NCBI RefSeq assembly: GCF_006345805.1
Contig: NC_043009.1
Span: 41,292,001 to 41,356,000 of the forward strand
Direction of reading: 5' to 3'
DNA: 64,000 bases
DNA from: Octopus sinensis
Taxonomy: Eukaryota
Both the position numbers and the translations under genes were made by a program. Positions 51,421 through 63,545 of the stretch are shown in pieces; the first letter of the stretch is position 1; each line of letters opens with the position of its first letter. Under the pieces are notes generated by a model. It was given only the letters and a program-made list of their open reading frames with translations. It was not told where the DNA came from and made no database searches.

Positions 51421-52859
51421 CATTTCTATATCTATACCCAGAAAAACAAGTATTTTTTTATATATTCGTTAAGCGTGTGTGTGTGTTTGGATATGTATGT
51501 TGAACAAGAACACTAAAACAATACTATAACGGTGGCTCTACCTCTGACACACGTGTTTGATAAATCAACACGTTTAGTGATCAACGCTGGATAAGTGATA
51601 AGGCGCATTAGATAAACGAATAGAAATTAACGCGTGCGATGTCAGTAGCAATTAATGAAAGTGAAACAAAAGATCCGCGTATTGTTTATTTTATCAAAAT
51701 ACATGATATAGCCATTACAGAATAAAAATTTCTGATGAAATACCATCGAGATGAAAATACGTATTACGATCGATAAACAACAGAATGAAACAACGTGTCT
51801 GCGAAATAATAGCAAATATCAATGTCACACAATGACATAAGAAGAAATATGTTAAAGAAAATAAACATAAGGAGTTTAAATCTTACAAGGATTTCGTTAC
51901 CCCTTTTTTTCTCCTAATATGAATTAGTAAATTTTTTTTTTAAATTCTTTTTAAAAATTATTGTTAGTAAACAGAAGCGAGGTAAATAGAATGTGATTGT
52001 TTTTCTTTTAGCATCTTCGATGAAGCGATGATCGGCAATGAACTTTTGACCTAACACACAACCTTGTTAAAAAGATACGTGATTACATTACATTTGCTTT
52101 AAGAATGAAGGAGGGGAGGGAGGGAGGGACAAGCTGGACAAAGTTATGAACAATGAAAGAAAGATAGAAAAGATGATGTTAGTTTAAGAGAAATGTAAAT
52201 ACGCAGTAAAAGACGTGGGAATGAATGGTAAAACATAAGTGTTTACTACTATGTCGACACGGCTCTACTCATACACATGTAATATATACGTATGTATGTA
52301 GTCGCTGAAAGAAACAATCTCAGCTAGCCGCCGATTTTAAAAGCGATGAATGTAGTTTTGAAGTGATGTGTCCGTTGATGAAAAATGATCGCAAACTAAG
52401 GTGCCACAGAAGAAAACATTGGTCACAATTTAGGTCCTACCTGCAGTTTTAAGAATGACGCCATGTTTATAGTGAAACTACTGATTACTATTAACTCATT
52501 CACAGGAGAGTTCTACTTATTTTGGTTACCTAGCAACTAGTCGTGTTACAACAAAAGCTGGGTAATTTTTTTTTTTTTTCAGTTCGTTTCTTGTGTTTGT
52601 ACTGCTATAAATTTCATTCATTTTTACGACGCATTTTTTCGTAGCGGATTTCTGTCGTTCGCTGATAAGGATTTACTCGTTCAACAAAATTAATTGTTTC
52701 TCGATTAACGTCAAAGTGGCTAAGCATCACACTTGTATGTGTATCCTGAACGGAACTGGATCCCATCAACTTAGCTGATAGCTTGATTTTTATCGACTGC
52801 AGAAGGACGAAAAGCAAAGTTAGGATTTGAACTCAGAACATAAAGGATTGTAACCGAAT

Positions 52860-53230
52860 AATACAAGAGTATTTGGATCTTTTCGGTTTGAACGGCAGCT
52901 TTTTAAAATAATTTCCACGTAACTATACACTTTTAAACTTCGTATGCTGGTAGAATGTGTTTATAAAACATCTTTTTCTCTTGGCTTTATTGAGAAAATT
53001 CTATCGTTTGTAAGATATTTGTTGGGTTTTTTTCTCTTCAATTTCTGCAATTTCAACCAATCAATGACGTCTATCGAGGTGAAAACATTCTGTGCCGTAT
53101 GAATATGTCCCTCGTTTAAGAAACAGATTGGGTTTATTTACATTTCTGAAGAAAAAAAGATACCCTTCCCCTAACCATAAAACAGATTGAAATGCAATAC
53201 ATCGATACTAGGGTCATAATTATGGGTGAC
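52860..53230. repeat. Unclassified dispersed repeat with an inverted relative at about 61480-61720
   Basis: Shared segments aaacttcgta...tagaatgtgt...aaaacatcttt...gagaaaattct...atttcaaccaatcaatgacgt. Confidence 0.7.
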
Positions 53231-54854
53231 AATTTCATATGACACCGCTAGAAAAAACTGCCGTTCAAACCGAAAAGATCCGAGTATTTTATCTGACCCC
53301 TCTTACGATTTTGCCATCCCACTGTCCTTATACAAGTGTTTGAGAATGGTTCTTAATTTAAGTCCAAGAGCAGCAATTTTGAATGAGATGGGATGGTTGA
53401 TACAAAGGACCCCACCACGTGACTGGTATTTCATTTTATCAACTTCGAAAAGGTGAAAGGTGAAGCTGACAACGGTGAACTTAGAACATAAGGGGTACAA
53501 AAAATACCGCAAAACATTATTTTCCGCCGATCTAGCGGTCCTGCTTGTCCACCGCCTCTTTATCCGTGGATAATAATGATAATTCTTTATTTCAGATATT
53601 CAGACTATGTGCGCACGCACACACACACAAAATGTTTATGTGTATTTATTTGTATGTGTACATATATATGTATAAGCACATGTATGTTTATGTGTATGTA
53701 TGTATGTATTAAAAATAAATGAGCCAAGACAACTCAGAGTGGCCAGTGGCATAAATATGAATGAGATGAGGCAAATACTGGTGTATGAAAAAACATACAA
53801 CATAAAGTCCTAATAAATTTGAGTTATCTCTGCCTCTAGAGAAGGCGTCGCAATTTCCAAGCAACAACGGTCACAAGTGCCATTTGAAAAGGGGAGATAA
53901 TCCTAAGAATCAAGAATTCTCTAAAGTTCTGTAAGGAAATGGACAGGCTTATTGTCTGGGGATAAGAGAACGATCCCAGACCCGAGTGTCTGCCACAATG
54001 AACGTTATCAGCACATTTGTAACGGCGTGTGGTTAGAATATTGGACTCATGACCGTAAGATAGTGGTTTCTCTTCCTGGACCGGACAATATGTTGTGTTC
54101 TTGGGCATAACAGTTCATTTCATGTTGCTCAAAGTTCACTCACTTGACAGAAATGAGATATCCGGACGGACCAGTTTAGGAAGTATATATGTGCCACAGA
54201 ATCCGGGAAACCGGCCTTATTAGTTGGTGTGACTCAGGAAGGAGCATTCTTTTACGTGTTTCAGCCGAGTTTTTTTCTTTTTTTTTTTTTTTTAGCGTTA
54301 CAATTCTCCCAAGTTGTCTTCAACAGTCAAGGAACATAAATCTATACAAAGAATAGAACACGTTTATGGCCTGTGTAATTTGCATAAACAAAAATTAGTT
54401 AAGAAAAATAACCCGAAGTGCCCAGTGCTAGGCATACCGAACGAGATAGACAAATACAGGTATATAAAAATTCGCACAACATAAATTCTTTATGAAGTAA
54501 AGCGTTTTTCCCCAGTGGAATGTCAAATTTGGAGAGTTCTTGATTCTTGGAATTATCCTCTCACTTCTCAGGATTATCTCCCTTGCTCATACACCTCTGT
54601 TTTCAGTCATCATTTGCTCATCGAGACACATCCACTTGAGGAGGAGATAATTTTATCGTGTGACCAGCAAGTGTCTGTTTGTTGCTAGTTTGTCATGTTA
54701 ATAGTGTGTAGGTTTAGTTCGAGGACAATGTTGGTGCAGTGTGCGCATGTGGTAATACTGAAGCAATTGAGATTTCCGGAGACTCTTTGTTGTTAGTGGT
54801 ACTGTAGTAGTATGTGTGCATTGATATTATATATATATATATATATATATTATG

Positions 54855-55285
54855 GCTGCCCCCTCGTTATCGAGTATGGCCATTGCACGAAGCTTAACTC
54901 TTACTGGTGCTGTGATCGAATGTGACTTTTTAGCCCAGCTAAAGATCTACAATGTCTTGTACAAAATTGGCAACTAAAACCTTTACTGGTAATAGCCGGC
55001 TGTAGTTGTAACTGGGCTTCATGTACCTTTGCATGTCGTTTAAGTCCTCCTGCCGAATTACACTCTCTTCCACATGCCCGACAGATATGATTAGTGTGGT
55101 GTGTTACACCACCACCAGTGGCCAGGTTGTCACTCATCTGTCTCGTTTTATGACTACGAAGATGACTCATGAGTCCAGCTTTACTGGGGCAGGGTCTTGC
55201 ACAGACATTGCATGTCAGAATCAAAGGAAGACCCTTCCCTTCTGGAAGTGTAACTTTCGAGTGCTACCGGTAACATGTAACCCAG
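54855..55285 (-). mobile_element. 3' end of an RTE-type LINE encoding three C2H2-like zinc fingers
   Basis: ORF 54901-55224: CNVCARPCPSKAGLMSHLRSH, CRACGRECNSAGGLKRHAKVH, CQFCTRHCRSLAGLKSHIRSQH; then stop, short UTR and (TA)n. The GLxSHxRxH finger style is typical of RTE C-termini. LINE origin is inferred. Confidence 0.65.
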
Positions 55286-55296
55286 TACAACCTGTT

Positions 55297-55343
<47 letters not shown>

Positions 55344-57112
55344 AACGTGTGTGTGTGTGTAAAATTGCCATCAAAACAGGAGTTAAGTACTTAAACGGCC
55401 ATCTTTGGTACAAGATAAAGAGGACAACTTAGAAACGATATCCTACCTTCAATCACTTTACAAATAAATCCTCATTTTACACAAATTACGACTAACATTA
55501 ATTAGATTGAGTTAATTATCGTTTATGGATTTAAATGCAAGATCTGCATACTGGATCTTCAATACAATTCTTATTCGTCCTTCCTTAGACACCTTTCAGA
55601 ATGGTTCCCACTGTCTGGTACCGTTCATATCTTTCATATTTCTTCTTTTGAGAGCTGCATGGATAGCCGGGTTACTAATGGAATTATTTCCCCTACTTCC
55701 ATGTTCCTGTCGGTACAAAACCTTCAATCATTAATTAGTGTTTTGCATACAACTTTACCATTCATCATTTCGGAGGTCGATAAAATAAGTCCAGTTGAAC
55801 ACTGAGGTCGATGTAATCGACTTAATTCCTCCCTAGAAATTATTGGCATTGTGCCAAAATTCGAAGCAATTAATTAGTAACCGTTAAACCTAGAGGGTGG
55901 TCGATGCCTATGATTTGACCAACAAACTTCAGGACCAGCTGATGCTTCAGATATTCTGGAAAGACGACAGTTTCACACAGCAGAGAATTGGCAGTAATTG
56001 ATGTCTCAGGCGATTCAGAAATTTTACCTGGCATTTGAAACTCCAAGCATTCCAGAAATAACAGAAAATCTCAACTGTCATAACATGAGGTATCACTTCT
56101 ATATCTGATTGGTTTGCAAGTTTCAGAACATGAGGTGCTTGTGGTTCATACACGTTTCCACCCAGTCCTACTATAAAATTTACGGTTTCCAACTACTAGG
56201 TTACGGTGGCTTCCATCAGGTGTTAACCGGCTCCACCTCTCATCATTGTTGCCAATATTGTATTCTTCGAGGCTCTTAAATGCAAGAGCTGCATATTTGT
56301 AGCTTCTGTACAACTCTTTCTCCATAGTCTCACTTCAAGATGGTTCCTACTGTCTGTTTCTAACAACTTTTATACCTTTCTCTTCTGGAGAGCTGCATAG
56401 ATAGCCAGGAAGTTAACACTAGAGTTATTTCCCCTGCTGTTGTATTCTTTTCGGTATAAACAGGTATATTTTGTAAATATTTAAAAAATGCGATTTTGTG
56501 GTCAATGAAAGAGACCGTGATTAGTAACTGGCACTCCGTCGGTTACGACGATGAGTGGTCCACTTGATCCGATCAACGGAACAATCTGCACGTGAAATTA
56601 ATGTGCAAGTGGCTGAGCACTCCACAGACACGCGTACCTTTAACGAAGTTCTCAGGAAGATTCCGCGTGATATAGAATGTGACAAAGCTGGCCCATCGAA
56701 TTACACGCACTACTAATTTTTTACCAGCTGAGCGGAACTGGAGCCACTTGAAATAAAGTGTCCCCCTTGTGGGTAGTAATAAAATCACTTGAAATAAAGT
56801 GTCTTGTTCAAAGACACCACGCGACACTGAGAATCGAACTCTCTACCAGACGATTGTTAACCAAATACCATAACCACCAAGCCACACATTGTGATTAGTT
56901 AGACTACTTAAACAGACTTTTCTAGTATATTTTATAAGCAATGAAGCACCAGCTTTCAACATTTTTGTAGACATACAGGGATTCCAGAATTGTTCCAACT
57001 GTTTTGTGCCAGTTGCTGTTGTTTGCGTATGTATTCGACAACGTTACCAAAATAGGCAACAAATGCAGCAGATTGATCTCCAAGTGTGGTACTTGCAGAA
57101 TCATTTTGGTTT

Positions 57113-57706
57113 ACGAGCGGCGAGCTGGCAGAAACGTTAGCACGCCGGGCGAAATGCTTTGCAGTATATCGTCTGCCGTTACGTTCTGAGTTCAAATTCG
57201 ACTTTGCCTTTTATCCTTTCGGGGCCGATTAAATAAGTACCAGTTACGCACTGGAGTCGATGTAATCGACTTACTCCGTTTGTCTGACCTTGTTTGTCCC
57301 CTGTGTGTGTAGCCCCTTGTGGGCAGTAAAGAAATAGGTATTTCGTCAGTCGCTACGTTCTGAGTTCAAATTCCGCCGTGGTCGACTTTGCCTTTCATCC
57401 TTTCGGGGTCGATTAGATAAGTACCAGTTACGCACTGGAGTCGATGTAATCGACTTACTCCGTTTGTCTGATCTTGTTTGTCCCCTCTGTGTGTAGCCCC
57501 TTGTGGGCAGTAAAGAAATAGGTATTTCGACTGTCGCTACGTTCTGAGTTCAAATTCCGCCGTGGTCGACTTTGCCTTTCATCCTTTCGGGGTCGATTAG
57601 ATAAGTACCACTTACGCACTGGAGTCGATGTAATCGACTTACTTCGTTTGTCTGACCTTGTTTGTCCCGTCTGTGTGTAGCCCCTCTGTGGGTAGTAAAG
57701 AAATAA
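57113..57706 (+). mobile_element. tRNA-derived SINE family B with triplicated body/tail
   Basis: Head ggcgagctggcagaaacgttagcacgccgggcg, then three tandem units of about 185 bp each ending cccc(tt)gtggg(c/t)agtaaagaaat. Confidence 0.9.
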
Positions 57707-58369
57707 GAAACATTTTGGTTGACGGGTAGTTTAAAAGCAAACGAAAAGTAATTGAAAAATAAAAGTGCTTTGTTGTAATATGAGAGGTAAAGACTGTCAC
57801 TCGGGATAGACAACGAGTTTGTGGTCAGGTTGTTTTGTCAACATTGTGGTGGTGTTGCTTATTGGGGAACATCGTAGTTCGTTCTGGCTGGGTGAGTGTA
57901 TGATATATCAAGCAACAGACGAAATTTAAACTTCTCGTATCAATTTCTCGTATTAACACTTTTCAGTCTAAAGTTAATGAACCCGAGAGACTCAGAGACA
58001 ACATATCTCTTCATTGACTACATTTTGTCACCCGTTGGTAATGATTAAGCAATGCCAGGTCAAGGCAATATACAATTAAAAATTGAGCTTAGCCTACACA
58101 CACACACACACACAACACACACACACACACATATAAATAAGGATAAGATCGTTAATTTAAATTAAATAACGATCTTATCAAGTGGCCAGCATGGAAATAA
58201 AAACCTTCAAAGGTAGCTTTGCCTTTCATCCTTTCGGGGTCGATAAATTAAGTACCAGTTACGCACTGGGGTCGATGTAATCGACTTAATATCTATGTCT
58301 GTCCTTGTTTGTCCCCTCTGTGTTTAGCCCCTTGTGGGTAGTAAAGAAATATGTAATAATTATTATTAT

Positions 58370-58600
58370 AATTATAACCTAAGGTATCTACGAGACACCG
58401 CTATGCTGAAAATAGCAGCCAGAATCTGACTCTAAAACCACCTCAAATTGTTCATATAGCACAAGGAGATAAGACAAAAAGACAAAATAAAACTAGTAAA
58501 AATTACTTGTGCTATATGAACACTTGAGGTGGTTTTAGAGTCAGATCCTGGCTGCTATTTTCAGCATGGCGGTATCTCGTAGATACCCTAAGTTATAATT
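58370..58600. repeat. Fold-back inverted repeat (arms about 95 bp, loop 40 bp), MITE-like
   Basis: 58370-58465 is a near-perfect reverse complement of 58506-58600. Confidence 0.93.
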
Positions 58601-58656
58601 TTAATATATATATATATATATATATCTGTGTGTGTGAATATATATATGTGTGTGTA

Positions 58657-58711
<55 letters not shown>

Positions 58712-58930
58712 TGACGCATATTTGTCATTTGAATATGGCTAACCCCTAAGGGTGGATGCTACTGTAGTTTGTAGCCCCAGGAAGATATCTCCTCCAGCTG
58801 GCTATAGACACACTATCAGTATTTGTGAAGGGAAGTCATCCTTCCGGTCTTCAACTTATGATACACACGGACTGGAGTTTCAAGGTGTTTACCTATCATC
58901 AGCGTGTGACAATCACAGTTGTCGACGAGA

Positions 58931-59002
<72 letters not shown>

Positions 59003-59012
59003 TATAATAGCT

Positions 59013-60995
59013 TGTTAAACTATACGCAAACAAACTAGTAGAGACGAGAATTCATTTATCAAAGGTTTATCAAGTCGCCAGTTATTTCTGTTTTGCTCAT
59101 TCAGATTCGTTAAACGCTCACTGCTGACATTCTTTTGTTCTTCTTCACCCACCGGAAGTCCCTTTCGGAGCTGACCAACTTCCTAGCTAGCCCGCAGCGA
59201 AGTTCCTGTCTACAGTTCGTCGGTCATTAATCCTATTCTACATAGCTCCCCACCAGAACTGTTGACCGTCATGGGAAAGAGGAAGGCGTTTAAATTGTCC
59301 TGCCCATGCGTGTGGTTACTCGATTCTTTGGTGACTGTTCCTTGTCAAGGGTTGGTGTGATCTGCCTAGGGCGGCCCCTGTATGGTGGCTAGGCTACCTG
59401 AACGAGGCTGTCAATATCGAGATGCGCCGGTTTCAATCTATTGATGGAGACTGTGTCTTGTCGTCCGCAGATTAGGAGTTGCAATGTTTTATCTCCTGGA
59501 TGTATGACTTGATATCGATCATTGTAGGGTAACTGGAGGGGTTTTCGTCGTGTGTCACGTCGAACGAACACAAAGTTAGCCGTGCGGAGGTCATTTGGTA
59601 CTGATGATCTGAGTGTACCGTGTGCCAACATGGGAACAGGGCGTAACTGGCCCACGCTGTCTCTCAGTTGAGCGAGGTACCTTTTGACATCCGGGTCTGA
59701 CTCCGTATTCGAAAGAAACCCTCCTGGCACTGTACACCATTTCTGTGGAGGAAGTGTTGATATTTTCTTTTGGAGCGATGCGGATTACCAGCATCACCCA
59801 TGGGAGTTGGTCAATCCAATTTGGCCCGTTATATCTGGTTGTCAGGGAATTCTTCAGGCGGCGGTGAAATCTCTCCATTAATCCGTTGGCCTGTGGGTAG
59901 TAGGCAGTTGTGCGGTTCATTGTGATTCCAAAAAGGTCACACATACGCCACACCTTTGAGGTGAATTACGGACCCCGATCGGATGAGATGCTGTCAGGGA
60001 CACCGAAACGGGCGACCCAGTTTGCAATGGAGGCTCGGGTGACTTCTTGTGTTTCCGTACTGCAGAGAGGGATAGCCTCAGGCCAACGGGTATAGCGGTC
60101 TACCAAAGTCATTAGATACAAGCAACCCTGTGAAGGTGGTAGAGGGCCGACAAGACCGATGTTGACATGGCTGAATCGGGCCTGAGGTGGTTCATAGTTG
60201 CCGATGGGTGCTCTGGTGTGTTGATGGACCTTAGCTTGTTGACAGGGGATGCAGGTCCTCGTCCAGTCCCCGATTTGCTTGGCCATACCGTGCCAGATAA
60301 ATTTACTTGACAGCAGCCGCTGTGTGGTTTTAGTACCTGGGTGGGAAAGTTCGTGTTTCTTGCGCCAGGCTGATGGGACGATCGGTTGTGGCTTCCCAGT
60401 GGATACGTCACACAGTAGGGTTGTGCCGTTAGAGCCAAAGTGTACATCCTGCAAAGAAAGTGACACAAACCACTTACCTTTGCTATGAGCAAGCTCTCGG
60501 AGCCTTGGTCTGCCTGCCAGCAACGACAGCTATCCGCAATTTCTGAGTACACCATACACATCCAACACATAGACGGCAAGGGCAACCTAGTTGCCGACGC
60601 ACTCTCTAGTGCTCCTTCCTAGCACCAATAACGGAAGGGCTGGATTACAAAGCTATAGTTGCAACCCAACAGACAGACGACGAGATCAGGGCCTACCACT
60701 GGATAAAAAATGTTTGTCAGCTGCCTTCGCTAATTGCCGCAGATCCTTGATTTCGGTCTGAGTTATGCGGGCCTGAATCTTGGCTACCGCTTTACGTTCA
60801 CTGCGTCGAAATGTATCCACTAGCCTGTTTTTCAATATGGCGTATTTGTGCGTTAGTGGGGGTTGGGTTAACATGTCCAGCACCCTCGTTGCCGTATCTT
60901 CATCTAGTGCCGCTATAAAGTACGAGTATTTCGTTTGGTCGGTCGTTACGTTGTTTACATTGAATTGGGCTTCCGCCTGCGCAAATCACAGTTCA
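59013..60995 (-). mobile_element. Deleted Ty3/Gypsy LTR retrotransposon (gag + integrase remnants + one LTR)
   Basis: gag KLPQFWPKRAEL*FAQAEAQF at about 60995; integrase HELSHPG...WTRTCIPCQQAK, HVNIGLVGPLP, TTAYYPQANGLMERFHRRLK; purine tract then TG...CA segment 59242-59013. No RT found. Confidence 0.92.
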
Positions 60996-62854
60996 GCCCT
61001 CTTAGGCCAAAATTGTGGTAGCTTCAGTGTTGTTTTGTTGCTTGCCATACACACACACACACGAAGTTCAAAATCACTGATATTTCATTTACGATTATTT
61101 TCGTCAATAGGACGGGGTCGAAAAGTTTTGCTCGCTTCCCCGACTTGACCATTGTGTATAAGTGAAAATTGTGATTATGAGTCGTTTTTGACGGATACCA
61201 GTAGTACCCTTCATTTTTTAATTAATATTATTTTACCTTTATTGTTTTTTTATGCATGCCAGCCACTGATGTTATTGAAAGTTATGATCAATAATATCCT
61301 TATACACACACACATATATATAGTTTGAATTTACAGAAAGAACAAAAGACGAAGACAGGTGTATTAGTTTAACGCTCGGGAATGTGAGAAAGTCTTTTAC
61401 GTTTCGAGCATACGCTCTTCAACAGAAAGGAACACGAGAAAATAAACAGAGAGAGAATTTTTAAAAAATGCTTTAGTGGCAAGTGGTCGAACATGTCCAA
61501 CGGCAGTAATTTTATTCAGCTGAATACACGTCATTGATTGGTTGAAATTACTGAAATACGATAACTTTAACAAGAAATAGCTTCCAAAATACAGAATTTT
61601 CTCAACAACGCAAAGAGTAAAAGATGTTTTATGTGACACATTCTACAAGTATACGAAGTTTGAAAGTGTTTAGTAACAAAAAATTATTTTTAAAATCTAT
61701 CGGTCAAAAGGTAAAGATCTCGTTCGAGTAGTACGGAGTGCGTTTTGGCTTAACTTATATTTCTGTGATAGGTTATTTTTTAGATAATCACAACTAACTA
61801 TTTATTTGTGTAATACTATTTTACGCCAGACGTGTCATAACACGTCTATACACGTGTATACACATGTCATAACAACGATGTATGTAAGGCGTGCGTACTA
61901 TACACACAAATACGTTCATGCTTTCCCCTTTTTATTCATGTTTAGAGATAATTAAAGACAAGGAAATGTCTGCTTAGGTCAGGCAAAGGATTTGACATTT
62001 ATTGACAAAATATTCTAATGCCATTTTTCTTTTGCCTCTTTCTCTTATCTCTCCGTTCTTACTTGCAACCAGTCAAGTGTTTATTATGTCACTAGCCAAG
62101 ATATCACTTCAAGTTACAGATATTTGCACTTAGAAGGAGATTCAAGATTGAGTCTCGAAATGCTTCGTTTGGTTCCTGTTGTTAAGATCATAACACATTG
62201 GACTGTCAGATAAATTCGTTCGTTTTTCTTCCTTTTCTTCTTATTTGGCACTCCATCATGGTATGTCTGAAAAGTGGTAAAATGTATTCCAACGGCAAAA
62301 ACGATAAACAGAAGGTGTAGAGGGAGAATAAAGCTACAACCCCCCCCCCGCCCAAAGAAAAAAATCTATAAACCACTATAATAAAAGCCGTTTTTGGTAG
62401 CTTGGCTCAAGCTTTCGGAATTACGGAGATGTACTTGCATAGCAAGTGACCTGATCTGAGATCGTTTGCTGGAACGAAAACAATTGCAGCGTGGAAGGTG
62501 TTTATAAGCCATTTAAGAAACACACAATAAAAATAATTTTCGAAGTAATTCAAATAACAAGGATTAAAATAAAATGAAAATAAATAAATAAATGAACGAA
62601 TTTATCTGAAAATCCAATATTTAGAGTTAAAGCTATCGCGCTGTGTTTGTATTCTTTAATTCTATTATCCATTTATTCTTTTAAGGCAGTGAGCTGGCAG
62701 AATCGTTAGCGGTATTTTGTTAGTCTTTATGTTCTGAGTTCAATTTCCGCCGACTTCATCTCTTTCATGGTCGACGAAATAAGTATCAGTTGACTGGGGT
62801 CAATGTAATCGACTAGACCCCTCCCACAAAATGTCTGGCCTTGTACCCATAGTA

Positions 62855-63171
62855 CAGTGGTTCTCAACCGGTATTCGTATGGTCCTTGGGGGCGGGGGTC
62901 CATATAAAATTCTGTTGTTAAAATTTGTGTGCAATACATTGCTTGTATTTCTACAATACACAATAATTTTTAAAAAATTTTATACAATTTCTAACAATAT
63001 TCACTTATAGGCGCAAGAGTGGCTGTGTGGTAAGTAGCTTGCTTATCAACCACATGGTTCCGGGTTCAGTCCCACTGCGTGGCACCTAGGGCAAGTGTCT
63101 TCTACTATAGCCTCGGACCGACCAAAGCCTTAAGAGTGGATTTGGTAGACGGAAACTGAAAGGAGCCCGTC

Positions 63172-63213
<42 letters not shown>

Positions 63214-63545
63214 GTATGTGGTTGTGTGTCTGTGTTTGTCCCCCCAACATCGCTTGACAACCGATGCTGGTGCGTTTACGCCCCCGTAACTTAGTGGTTA
63301 GGCAAAAGAGACCGATAGAATAAGTTCTAGGCTTACAAAGAATAAGTCCTGTAGTCGATTTGCTCGACTGTAAAGGAGGTGCTCCAGCATGGCCGCAGTC
63401 AAATGACTGAAACAAGTAAAAGAGTAAAAGCGTTATAAAAATACAGTGGGATCCTTTTTTATATACATCGAATGGTTATGGAGGTCCAGTAGATAGAACG
63501 GGTATCAAAGGGACCCATAGGTAAAGAAATGGTTGAGAAGTACTG
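62855..63545. mobile_element. hAT-type MITE interrupted by a family A SINE
   Basis: TIRs cagtggttctcaacc / ggttgagaagtactg; 8-bp flanks ccatagta (62847-62854) and ctatagta (63546-63553), 7/8 identical. Confidence 0.8.
63010..63430 (+). mobile_element. Full-length tRNA-derived SINE, family A (CORE-like central segment)
   Basis: tRNA-like head (tggctgtgtggt...ggttcagtccc), ggcaagtgtcttctactatagcctc core, internal (TA)n and gaaacaagtaaaagagt tail. More than 12 full or partial copies in the window. Confidence 0.88.

Noticed and set aside
57181-57706. Regularly spaced repeats as a possible CRISPR-like array
   Set aside because: Eukaryotic SINE tandem duplication with no unique spacers.
63010-63080. 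tRNA-like A/B box sequences at SINE heads
   Set aside because: No complete cloverleaf; they are contiguous with high-copy SINE bodies, so not tRNA genes.
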